Below are positions 1-7,325 of a stretch of DNA of 12,710 nt, piece by piece. The stretch is from a virus. The notes below the pieces were generated by a model. It searched no databases. It was not told the origin of the DNA and saw only the letters and a list, made by a program, of their open reading frames with translations. Within the stretch, counting starts at the first letter, position 1. Every line of letters begins with the position of its first letter. The DNA lies in IMG/VR virus record IMGVR_UViG_3300045988_019235, positions 1 to 12,710 of that record, one strand, 5' to 3'. Position numbers and translations under genes: made by a program.

Positions 1-23
1 TTCCTCTGAACGCTCTTCCGATC
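1..23. other. Adapter-like terminal 23-mer (probable library artefact, not phage DNA)
   Basis: TTCCTCTGAACGCTCTTCCGATC contains GCTCTTCCGATC, the reverse complement of the Illumina adapter core GATCGGAAGAGC. The whole 23-mer resembles the old paired-end adapter ...TTCCTGCTGAACCGCTCTTCCGATCT apart from two 1-nt gaps. Confidence 0.7.
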
Positions 24-179
24 CAGCATAAAGGTACACAAGGCACCCATTTTTAACATTTCCCAACAGGTTTTTAACACTTGCTAACACACTTTGGCAC
101 GCTTTTTGTTGCCGTGCCACAAGTACCACAATTAACAAGCCTTAACACACTTTAACTCTGTTAAACTTTCATAAAAATG

Positions 180-224
180 ATGTTTCACGTGGAACGGTGG
201 CAAAGTGAATGTTTCACGTGGAAC
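180..224. promoter_or_regulatory. Two ATGTTTCACGTGGAAC sites (182..195 and 211..224) at the inner edge of ITR-L; candidate protein-binding sites
   Basis: The same 16-mer occurs twice, 29 bp apart. It has a CACGTG core and is a near-palindrome. The same motif recurs at 7603..7616 and at 12459..12529. Confidence 0.6.
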
Positions 225-285
225 AAAATTGCGTATATGTTAAAAAGATTTAAATTAATATTTTTGCATTATTTAACAAAAATAA

Positions 286-317
286 TTTGGTTTGTTCGTG
301 GAAAATGCTTATCTTTG
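286..317 (+). promoter_or_regulatory. Promoter P1 (Bacteroidota-type: -33 TTTG at 286..289, -7 TAtcTTTG at 310..317)
   Basis: The sequence is TTTGGT...20-nt spacer...TATCTTTGCA, lying about 45 nt upstream of the ATG at 362. The same architecture and spacing occur at P2 and P3. Confidence 0.7.
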
Positions 318-361
318 CAACAGATTTAGAAATTTAGTTCAACCCTTTAAAATACAAGAAT

Positions 362-688
362 ATGGCAACGTATGAAATTACTTTAGAGTTTGAAACAGTT
401 TTATCTGTTGACGGTACACGTGTTAAAAGTGAAACATCACGTGAAACACAAATAGTTACAGGTGTTTTTGCTGACGTGGCAAAAGTTATGTTTGAACACG
501 AAACAAACTGCATCAAGCACAACAGATTGCCAAAGTTGACGAAAGACGTTTACACCGTCTTTGAATCGAAAGATAGTTTGAACTACATCAACGAATATGG
601 ATGCTGTGTTACTCAACTTTGCAACAAATTAGGTAATAACGCTAGTTCATTCTTACAGTTGATTCAAACAAGCAAAAGAATCAAATAA
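362..688 (+). CDS. Hypothetical protein (108 aa), first gene of the left operon
   Basis: ORF directly downstream of P1 with no competing long ORF. The C-terminal segment VTQLCNKLGNNASSFLQLIQ could be helix-turn-helix-like, which is speculative. It carries a CACGTGAAACA half-site internally (438..448). Confidence 0.6.
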   Translation: MATYEITLEFETVLSVDGTRVKSETSRETQIVTGVFADVAKVMFEHETNCIKHNRLPKLTKDVYTVFESKDSLNYINEYGCCVTQLCNKLGNNASSFLQLIQTSKRIK

Positions 689-698
689 ATGTTTAACC

Positions 699-724
699 GC
701 CTGTAAGGTTCAACCCTTACAGGC
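699..724 (+). other. Intergenic 10-bp-stem hairpin GCCTGTAAGG-ttcaac-CCTTACAGGC inside a GTTTAACCGCC...GGCACAAA motif
   Basis: Perfect inverted repeat read directly. No T-tract follows, so it is not a canonical intrinsic terminator. Confidence 0.5.
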
Positions 725-739
725 ACAAACAAAAAAGTT

Positions 740-934
740 ATGATTAGAGTTGAAAAGTTTAAGTTTGAAAACCGTTTTGAATCTTTTGAAACGAAAAACA
801 TAAAGGTAGTTACAAAAGCGTTAAAAGACTATCGTTTTTGTGGTGGCGGTTTATATATCCACACAAAGTTTGTCGGGCAATATGCAAAGGTGGATTTTAT
901 AGACGTTAACGGCAAACCTGTTAAAAGCATATAA
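740..934 (+). CDS. Hypothetical protein (64 aa)
   Basis: ORF in the same orientation and tightly spaced within the left operon. No recognisable motif. Confidence 0.5.
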   Translation: MIRVEKFKFENRFESFETKNIKVVTKALKDYRFCGGGLYIHTKFVGQYAKVDFIDVNGKPVKSI

Positions 935-969
935 GTTTAACCGCCCTTATGGGCACAAATAATTGATAT

Positions 970-1164
970 ATGGAATATTCATATTTTAAAATTACATTGA
1001 AACAGTCGGACAAAGTAACCGTGTATATGGTACGTTCTGACAAAGTAAGCGAGTTTTTCAACAACAAAATCGACTATTTACAGGGCGACTGTTCGATAAC
1101 TGTAAAGGGTCGTTTTCCAACGCACAAAGATTCTCGAAAGTGGTTTATTGTTTCACCTAAATAA
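970..1164 (+). CDS. Hypothetical protein (64 aa)
   Basis: ORF in operon context, ending 2 nt before the endolysin ORF. No recognisable motif. Confidence 0.5.
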   Translation: MEYSYFKITLKQSDKVTVYMVRSDKVSEFFNNKIDYLQGDCSITVKGRFPTHKDSRKWFIVSPK

Positions 1165-1172
1165 TAGTGTAT

Positions 1173-1595
1173 ATGAAAAAGATTAAGTATTTTAGTTTGA
1201 ATGAGTTTATCACCTCACCAACTGCAAAACGTTTGGGCATTGACAATTTGCCAACGTTTGAAATCGTTGACAACTTGAATCGTCTTGCCGATTATTTGGA
1301 TGGCATCCGTGAAAAGTTAGGCAAACCGATATTGATTAATAGCGGTTATCGTTCACCGATTCTTAATAAAGCGGTTGGCGGTGTGTCTAACAGTCAACAC
1401 CTTAAAGGTTTGGCTGCGGATATTGTTTGCTCTGATATGGAATCTTTGTTAAAGGTTCTTAGAGAAACAGGCGGTTTTGACCAACTTATTAAGGAACACC
1501 GCAAAGGTTCTACATCTTTTTGGTATCACGTTTCAGTTTGTTCACGTAACGGCAAACCCCGTAATCAAGTAATAATGAATCTAGAAAAGAAATAG
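1173..1595 (+). CDS. Endolysin, zinc peptidase M15 family (VanY / L-Ala-D-Glu peptidase-like)
   Basis: SQHLKGLAAD matches the M15 zinc-binding signature SxHxxGxAxD, and a downstream His lies in FWYHVS. It is single-domain, with no signal peptide or TM segment. The ORF track begins at GTG 1167; ATG 1173 (MKKIKYF...) is the more likely start. Confidence 0.85.
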   Translation: MKKIKYFSLNEFITSPTAKRLGIDNLPTFEIVDNLNRLADYLDGIREKLGKPILINSGYRSPILNKAVGGVSNSQHLKGLAADIVCSDMESLLKVLRETGGFDQLIKEHRKGSTSFWYHVSVCSRNGKPRNQVIMNLEKK

Positions 1596-1597
1596 TT

Positions 1598-1846
1598 ATG
1601 CACGAACATTTTAAACTTCTGAAAGATTCCATTTCAGTAACAAAGAAAAGTATTGAAACTGTTGCAAACGATTCAGCTAGCGAAACAGGTTTACTGTTAA
1701 CTTCGTGTGCTGATACCTTACAGGCGAATTTGATTTTCATTGATGCTTTAGAAGTTAAAGCACAAACCTGTTTAGCAGAACGAAACGACCTGTTAACGTT
1801 CATCAATAACAAAGGGTTGTTAGAAGAATTTTATGGTAAGAAATAA
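1598..1846 (+). CDS. Hypothetical protein (82 aa), last gene of the left operon
   Basis: ATG 2 nt after the endolysin stop. Predicted to be helical, with no clear TM segment. Followed by the bidirectional terminator. Confidence 0.55.
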   Translation: MHEHFKLLKDSISVTKKSIETVANDSASETGLLLTSCADTLQANLIFIDALEVKAQTCLAERNDLLTFINNKGLLEEFYGKK

Positions 1847-1850
1847 AGAA

Positions 1851-1878
1851 AACGGGCGGCATCCATTTACCGCCCGTT
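1851..1878. terminator. Bidirectional intrinsic terminator between convergent operons
   Basis: AACGGGCGG-catccattta-CCGCCCGTT is a perfect 9-bp GC-rich stem. It is followed by ATCTTTT on the + strand and by TTTTCTTTATTT on the - strand. It sits between the stops at 1846 (+) and 1884 (-). Confidence 0.8.
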
Positions 1879-1883
1879 ATCTT

Positions 1884-3977
1884 TTATAGATAAACACCTG
1901 TTTCAAGCTGTGAAACAATTTCGTTATATTCATCAACCAACAGATTTGCCGTGTTCAAATTCACGTTGGAAAACTGTGCGAAACCTGTAACCGCATTTAT
2001 AGTTACGTTTTCTTGCGTGTTGTTTACAGGAACATCAACGGTTAAATTCTCAGTAATCAATACATAAGGTTCTAAACCGTACAAAATTTGTTCGTTCCAT
2101 TGTTCACCGCCAACAACGTTTAAATCCGTTCCCAAACGGTAAAGAACATCACGTGACAAAGAAAAACTTTCAATTTGGAATGTCACACCGTCACACGATA
2201 ACAACGCAACAGAATCGCCCGTAATAACGTTTACTTTGATAGTTAAATTAATCGTTTTACCGATGTATTTACTATCTATAGTAACAACACCCCGACACGG
2301 AATAAACATCTGTACCTGTGCGTTAAAGTCTTCATTGTTACCGTTTGCGCCTGTTAGTTCAACGTTTCCGAAATCTAGAACAATAACATCACTATCGGGA
2401 TATTTTACATTTATTCCCGTGTTGTAGTTACCGCATTTCAGAACGTCATCACCGCCAACGGGAACGGTTGTAAAGATTCTTTTGATACGGTTTACATATT
2501 GACCCAAATTGACTTCTGAATATTTTGCACCCGTTTCTGTTTCCCCTGTTTGAACAAAGAAACGTTTCTTTGCAAACTCATCCAAATTCGCCAACGTAAC
2601 GATATAAACGTTTATAGCACCGTAATTTTTGATAGTTGGCGGTGTAACTACATTCGCATTCGCAACGATATTCAAATCAACTGCATTCGGTGTTAAAGTG
2701 AACGTTACACTACCCGTTTGTTTATCTGCTGATATTGTACCGTTTACAACTACGGGATTCCCGTCATCATCTTTGAAATTTGCTTCAATTTCGGTCAATT
2801 CCGTGTTCGGGTTTGCTCTGAAATTAAACGTGTAACTTTGACCCGTTTTAACCTTTACAGGTTTATCGCCAACGATTTCGCAATTAGTCAAACCGTATTG
2901 AACTTCGATATATTTACCTAATAAGTACTCACCGTTGATAATAACCGATTCCGTTGCTATAGGCACAATAGCCGTTGCGGTTTGGTTCGTTACAGTCATA
3001 TTGTAGGTTTCGCCACCGTATGTTATCGTTGGCGTACCGTTAAACATTCCCTTTGCGTTTCCTGTAACCGTTACGGTGTAATTTGTTTCACTTGCAACAG
3101 AACTTGCTGTTGTGTTCTGAATATTGTTGGTTATTTGCAGTTCACGAACACCCGAAATAAAACTACCTGTTATAGTAATTTCGTCACCCTTAGAACAATA
3201 AACAGTAAGTGTTGCAACGTTACCCGATACGGCAAACGGTTCTTTTGTATAGTTTCCATCCCAATCGGTATAACTAGCCATCAAATTGCTAAATGTGCCC
3301 TCACCGTTACCCGTCACCGTTACATTGAAGTGGTGGGCATCCGTTCCCTGTTGGTCGGTTATTGTAACGTCACCCGTCAAACCTGTTTTGTCATAAGACA
3401 ACAAAGTTGTCGGTGTTGGTGGGTCGGGTGTGCCACCGCTTACAAACTCACCTGTTATCGCAATCTCATCACCTTTATTACAGTAAACCGTAATCGTTCC
3501 AACGTTACCCGATACGGCAAACGGTTCTTTTGTATAGTTTCCATCCCAATCGGTATAACTAGCCATCAAATTGCTAAATGTGCCCTCACCGTTACCCGTC
3601 ACCGTTACATTGAAGTGGTGGGCATCCGTTCCCTGTTGGTCGGTTATTGTAACGTCACCCGTCAAACCTGTTGTGTCGTATTTTAACAAGTTTGTGGGCG
3701 TTGGTGTACCGCTTACAAATTCACCGTAAACCGTAACGGTGTTCCAATAGTTTGTGTTGGCAAATAATGTGGCGACTTTTCCGTTAACTGTAAACGGGTG
3801 TTTTGCCCAATCGCCATCCATATTTTCATAGCCACCCGATAAACCGTCTTTAAAATAACCGTCAACGTTTCCCGTCAAAGTTATTTTAAAATGTTTGTCG
3901 TCACCGTCTTGTTCAACTTTCGTTGAAACATCACCGACAAATCGTGATAAACTAATATTTACTAATCTTTCAGCCAT
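1884..3977 (-). CDS. Tail / receptor-binding protein (697 aa) with N-terminal tandem beta-sandwich-like repeats
   Basis: Last and largest gene of the structural operon. It has three about 95-aa tandem modules at the N-terminus (two near-identical), further Ig-like-looking segments and a distinct about 250-aa C-terminal domain. Function is inferred from position and architecture only. Confidence 0.55.
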   Translation of the reverse strand: MAERLVNISLSRFVGDVSTKVEQDGDDKHFKITLTGNVDGYFKDGLSGGYENMDGDWAKHPFTVNGKVATLFANTNYWNTVTVYGEFVSGTPTPTNLLKYDTTGLTGDVTITDQQGTDAHHFNVTVTGNGEGTFSNLMASYTDWDGNYTKEPFAVSGNVGTITVYCNKGDEIAITGEFVSGGTPDPPTPTTLLSYDKTGLTGDVTITDQQGTDAHHFNVTVTGNGEGTFSNLMASYTDWDGNYTKEPFAVSGNVATLTVYCSKGDEITITGSFISGVRELQITNNIQNTTASSVASETNYTVTVTGNAKGMFNGTPTITYGGETYNMTVTNQTATAIVPIATESVIINGEYLLGKYIEVQYGLTNCEIVGDKPVKVKTGQSYTFNFRANPNTELTEIEANFKDDDGNPVVVNGTISADKQTGSVTFTLTPNAVDLNIVANANVVTPPTIKNYGAINVYIVTLANLDEFAKKRFFVQTGETETGAKYSEVNLGQYVNRIKRIFTTVPVGGDDVLKCGNYNTGINVKYPDSDVIVLDFGNVELTGANGNNEDFNAQVQMFIPCRGVVTIDSKYIGKTINLTIKVNVITGDSVALLSCDGVTFQIESFSLSRDVLYRLGTDLNVVGGEQWNEQILYGLEPYVLITENLTVDVPVNNTQENVTINAVTGFAQFSNVNLNTANLLVDEYNEIVSQLETGVYL
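3123..3977 (-). repeat. Tandem 285-bp (95-codon) coding repeat, three units (3693..3977 diverged; 3408..3692 and 3123..3407 near-identical)
   Basis: 3216..3387 and 3501..3672 are 172 bp of perfect identity, checked base by base, offset by exactly 285 bp. Confidence 0.9.
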
Positions 3978-4425
3978 ATTTTAAAACGTTACCTTTAATA
4001 GTTACCATAACAATACTACCTGTTTCGTTCAACAACCCCTTATTCGGAAAATCTAGTTTTCTGATGTTAGGTCGAACGTCAACAACGTTTGAACGGTTTG
4101 AAAGATATTTGTTTCCGTTTTCGCTTTTAGTCAACGTTGCAGTACTGTTTAAGATAATATCCTTATAAGTAAACAGAACGTCAACACGTAAACGAACGGT
4201 GCAAATATCGCCATCCTGTTGTTTCTCTGAAACGAAATAATAACGGTTCAAACTTTCGATATAAACATAGTTAAACGTTACAGGGGTTCGTGTTCTGAAA
4301 CGAACAACAGGGGTTAACACGTTGAACGTTGCATTCAACACACCCGTATATTCTTCGTTTTCCTGTAACGTCTTGTTTACTTCATTCGGTTTACCGTTGT
4401 AAATGAAAGTTTTAATTTTAACCAT
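3970..4425 (-). CDS. Hypothetical structural protein (151 aa), possible tail/collar component
   Basis: Lies between the capsid and tail-fibre genes. Its stop overlaps the start of the 697-aa gene by 8 nt, suggesting translational coupling. No motif recognised. Confidence 0.5.
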   Translation of the reverse strand: MVKIKTFIYNGKPNEVNKTLQENEEYTGVLNATFNVLTPVVRFRTRTPVTFNYVYIESLNRYYFVSEKQQDGDICTVRLRVDVLFTYKDIILNSTATLTKSENGNKYLSNRSNVVDVRPNIRKLDFPNKGLLNETGSIVMVTIKGNVLKYG

Positions 4426-4430
4426 ACCTT

Positions 4431-4477
4431 AAAAGCTAAAAGGGGCATCCCTGTGCTATCAACTACAGGAACACCCC
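4431..4477 (-). terminator. Intrinsic terminator/attenuator downstream of the major capsid gene
   Basis: The minus-strand RNA reads GGGGUGUUCCUGU-aguugauagc-ACAGGGAUGCCCC followed by UUUUAGCUUUU. This is a 13-bp stem including 3 G-U pairs that only form in the minus-strand sense. Confidence 0.55.
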
Positions 4478-4496
4478 AACAGTTAAACAACTAAAA

Positions 4497-5681
4497 TTAG
4501 GCAACAAAGAACACAACAAAGTTTTCGTTTGTGTCGTTGAAGTAACCCGCATCAAACTTGAAATAGTTGTTGAAAAACTCTGCTTTTGCGTTGTAGTTGG
4601 TGGTTACTCGCTTATCCAAATTTGTAACACCCAACGCATCACGGTCGAACATCACACCCAACACACCGCTAACTGAAACGCTCGCACCGCTTGCCGATTT
4701 AACGTCAATCTTTGAAACGTCTGCAAAAGCGTAATCTGTGCCTGTTGCTTGCCAACTTGCAACGGTTTCAGCCTGTGGCAACAGAACGTTCTCGCTGTGG
4801 AACGTGTCGGCATACAGGTATGCTTTTGCAGCGGCTGCGAAATCGGACAACAGAACGGTGTGCAAAACGTCTTTCGGTGTGAATCGTTCCTTACCGCCAA
4901 CGTTGAACAGGGTTGAAATTGTCTGCAAACGGTCGGCATACAAACCCATTGTATAGGCTGCAAAACGGATGAAATCGGGTGTGGTTACTGCTGCGTCTGC
5001 GGTCAAATGTGCGCCCGTCTTAGTGTTGTAAAGTTTCAACAGGTTCACGCAACGAACAGTACTAGCAATTGAATAGTCAACAGTTTCGTGTGTTGATGCT
5101 AACCAACCGAAAGCGGTTTTGTCGGCATTCAAAGTTTCCGCAATCATATTGTTAATTGTGCGCATAACAAGCGCATCCGTCTTGATAGTCATTGACTTCT
5201 CAACTGCGGAATAAATCATTGACAGGAAACCGTTCAACTGCTCTGCACTACTGAAAGATTCCTTTACCTGTCTTTCGGTAATTGATACAGGAACTTCAAA
5301 AGTTACCTTTGAGTTGAAGAACTTAGCGGAAACGGTCGGTTTGTGGAACACGTCTTGTTTGTACTCTGTACCGTCTTTGAGATTCCACGTGTCGTTTTCC
5401 TCAGCCTGTGGAACGTCAGCGGAAATCTTTTCCAAAACGCTACCAAATTCCCACGCATCCATAAGAACACTCGGAACTTTACCCGAATAAGGGCGGTTCA
5501 CAAAAACAACCTTACCGATGTGGTTAACCAACGATTTAACGTAATTATCCACGGCATTTTGGTTGAACACTTCGTTACCCAAATCAACCAAACCTGTAAG
5601 GTCTTCGTGTACCAAATCGGTTTTGCCCAATACTTCACCCGAAACGGTGTTAACTAAACTATAAATCTGCTTTACATTCAT
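4497..5681 (-). CDS. Major capsid protein (HK97-fold, phi29 gp8-like)
   Basis: 394 aa. The N-terminal region (NYVKSLVNHIGKVVFVNR) parallels the phi29 gp8 segment FITSLVDRIGLVVIRQ recalled from memory. Its position downstream of the connector and the following attenuator fit a highly expressed capsid gene. Confidence 0.75.
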   Translation of the reverse strand: MNVKQIYSLVNTVSGEVLGKTDLVHEDLTGLVDLGNEVFNQNAVDNYVKSLVNHIGKVVFVNRPYSGKVPSVLMDAWEFGSVLEKISADVPQAEENDTWNLKDGTEYKQDVFHKPTVSAKFFNSKVTFEVPVSITERQVKESFSSAEQLNGFLSMIYSAVEKSMTIKTDALVMRTINNMIAETLNADKTAFGWLASTHETVDYSIASTVRCVNLLKLYNTKTGAHLTADAAVTTPDFIRFAAYTMGLYADRLQTISTLFNVGGKERFTPKDVLHTVLLSDFAAAAKAYLYADTFHSENVLLPQAETVASWQATGTDYAFADVSKIDVKSASGASVSVSGVLGVMFDRDALGVTNLDKRVTTNYNAKAEFFNNYFKFDAGYFNDTNENFVVFFVA

Positions 5682-5701
5682 TTTTATAAAAATTTTATGT
5701 A

Positions 5702-6271
5702 TTAATAAATATCTATTGTTAACTCTTTTGCAAGTTCTGTTATCACTTGCGTTTTGAAATTAGTTTTGCGCAAACTCATTTCTTTTTGAATAATTTCACT
5801 AGTTGGAACACTAGACGGAACACCGTTCTTAATACTTGTTTTCGTGCCCGTTTCTTGTCTGTTCCCTGTGGAATCTCTTTGCTGTTTCGTGTCATTTCCA
5901 AATTCCCCATTATTAAACGTTACACTTGAATCGACTGTGCTGTTATTGCCTGTTTCGTCAACGGTGTTACTTGTTGTTTCCGTTGTCTTTGACGTTACAG
6001 GGTTCAACACGTCATATTCTTTATTAAACACTTGAATCTGTTTTTGCCATTCGCCAAACTTTACTGTAATAATACCTTTGACAATATCGTTTGCAGTTTC
6101 GTTTGTAACGGCATCACACAAAGTTCTGTTTCCATATTTGAAACGAAAATCAATATCTATTATTTTCGGGTCATCCGTGCCGAATATTGATTCATACAAA
6201 ACAGGAAACAGGGGTTTAAAGATTTTATCAAATAAACCGTTTTCAGTTGTAAAAAGTTCATTAATTTTCAT
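5702..6271 (-). CDS. Hypothetical structural protein (189 aa), possible scaffold or head-associated protein
   Basis: Lies between the connector and capsid genes. Its start overlaps the connector stop by 11 nt. The middle is T/S/N-rich low complexity and the C-terminus is helical. Function is inferred from position only. Confidence 0.45.
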   Translation of the reverse strand: MKINELFTTENGLFDKIFKPLFPVLYESIFGTDDPKIIDIDFRFKYGNRTLCDAVTNETANDIVKGIITVKFGEWQKQIQVFNKEYDVLNPVTSKTTETTSNTVDETGNNSTVDSSVTFNNGEFGNDTKQQRDSTGNRQETGTKTSIKNGVPSSVPTSEIIQKEMSLRKTNFKTQVITELAKELTIDIY

Positions 6272-7325
6272 CTTTGTTTTCTTTTTCTTCTGTTTCTTCT
6301 GTTTCTTGCGTTTCTTCTGTTTCTGTTTCTGTTTCTTCTGTTTCTTCTGTTTCTTCTGTTTCTGTTTCCGTTTCTTCTGTTTCTTGCGTTTCTTCTGTTT
6401 CGTTTTCCGTTACAGGGTCAACGTCTTCTGTGTCGGTGTGTTCGTGCCCGTCTTCTGTTGCTTTGAGCAACGACAAATAATTTTCGTGTTCGATTTTCCA
6501 ACTTGACCCCAAAGTTACGGTAATATCCGTACCGAACATTTCGTTAACACGTTTCACACCCTCAACACGTTCTGTTAACATTGAATCAACGAACGGCATC
6601 AAAGCATCAATATTCATTGAAACTTCTTGCGTGTTCAATCGTTCACGTTTCATATTATAGTTTGCATTCAAACCCAAATCGTTGAACATTGATGCTTTGT
6701 AGTACTGCAACAGTTCTATTAATTGACCGATTTGTTGGTTTCCCTGTGTCGGTGGGGTCTGTAAGTTTACACCTTTGAAAAAAGCATTTTCACCGATAAC
6801 AGAAAAATCACCGTTCAAAATTTTCTGTAAGAACGATTCTGCACTCTGTTTGGTCTTATCGTCACTTGCCGAAATCAACATAGTGATGCGGGTCAATATG
6901 CTAGCCAAATTCAAAGTTATTGTGGCATCCGTGTAAAGTACACCATATTTGCCGATAATAGGCATAAGCGAATCCGCAAACGGTGTGTTATTGATAACTA
7001 CAATATCCTCATCAATTTTGAACGTTTTGTTCAACTTTAACCACGGGTTTGCAACAACGTAATCTTTGCCGTGATAATAGGCATCACAATCGCCACCCCG
7101 TGTGCCCTGTAAAGCATACAAATCCCCGTTGACTTCTGCTATTCCAACGTTACCCGTTGTTTGAAGAATCTTTTCAAGTTCAACAGGCGGCATTGTTTCG
7201 GGCATCCCCGTGTAAACAAACATTTTTGAAGTCATACAAAGAACACGTTGCATAAATGTGAATAATGCTGTATCTTTGTTTTTAACTTCTGTTTGAAACC
7301 TGTTATATAAGTTTTCTTTTTCCAT
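6261..7325 (-). CDS. Portal / head-tail connector (phi29 gp10 upper-collar-like) with acidic Glu/Thr-repeat C-terminal tail
   Basis: 354 aa. Size and pattern parallel phi29 gp10 as recalled from memory: MPETMPPVELEKILQTTGNVG near the N-terminus and NYNMKRERLNTQEVSMN in the centre. Confidence 0.75.
   Translation of the reverse strand: MEKENLYNRFQTEVKNKDTALFTFMQRVLCMTSKMFVYTGMPETMPPVELEKILQTTGNVGIAEVNGDLYALQGTRGGDCDAYYHGKDYVVANPWLKLNKTFKIDEDIVVINNTPFADSLMPIIGKYGVLYTDATITLNLASILTRITMLISASDDKTKQSAESFLQKILNGDFSVIGENAFFKGVNLQTPPTQGNQQIGQLIELLQYYKASMFNDLGLNANYNMKRERLNTQEVSMNIDALMPFVDSMLTERVEGVKRVNEMFGTDITVTLGSSWKIEHENYLSLLKATEDGHEHTDTEDVDPVTENETEETQETEETETETEETEETEETETETEETQETEETEEKENKDEN
6285..6410 (-). 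repeat. Coding microsatellite-like (TTCTGTTTC/TTCTGT)n tract encoding a 42-aa Glu/Thr tail
   Basis: The peptide TENETEETQETEETETETEETEETEETETETEETQETEETEE contains only E and T apart from one N and two Q. The DNA shows higher-order repeats. Confidence 0.9.

Larger units (their letters stand above)
1..227. repeat. Left inverted terminal repeat (ITR-L)
   Basis: By manual reverse-complementing, 1..227 is the exact reverse complement of 12484..12710. Identity breaks at 228 (a) versus the complement of 12483 (c). It contains repeated TTAACAC-like words, a GGCACG/CGTGCC hairpin (96..118) and two GTTTCACGTGGAAC sites. Confidence 0.95.

Noticed and set aside
334-1812. Minus-strand ORFs at 334..522 and 1510..1812
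   Set aside because: They are antisense to the P1-driven left operon, overlap better-supported + strand genes, and have no promoter or partner genes in that orientation.
1598-1846. 82-aa protein downstream of the endolysin as a holin or spanin
   Set aside because: No convincing hydrophobic TM segment or lipobox is visible in the sequence; GLLLTSCADTLQANLIF is only weakly hydrophobic. It is kept as a hypothetical protein.
2982-3686. 234-aa + strand ORF (Cys/Arg/Val-rich, internally repeated)
   Set aside because: It lies entirely antisense to the 697-aa tail gene. Its internal repeat simply mirrors the 285-bp coding duplication. Its composition is atypical and no promoter motif precedes it. 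The 63- and 68-aa + strand ORFs at 2236..2427 and 2629..2835 are rejected for the same reasons.
4652-5657. ORFs at 4652..4963 (-), 4738..4956 (+) and 5343..5657 (+) nested within the capsid gene
   Set aside because: They are fully contained in, or antisense to, the well-supported 394-aa capsid ORF. Their composition is Cys/Arg-rich and implausible.
6285-6410. Short tandem repeats as a possible CRISPR array or iteron-type origin
   Set aside because: The repeat units are 6-9 nt with no spacers, and they lie in frame inside the connector ORF. They encode a Glu/Thr tail, so they are coding low complexity, not CRISPR.
6078-6506. 142-aa and 68-aa + strand ORFs (Phe/Cys- or Ser/Val-rich low complexity) over the repeat tract
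   Set aside because: They are antisense read-through of the Glu/Thr-coding repeat and of the 189-aa gene. They are low-complexity artefacts of the repeat with no start context. The 60- and 63-aa + strand ORFs at 5747..5929 and 5844..6035 are likewise antisense to the 189-aa gene.
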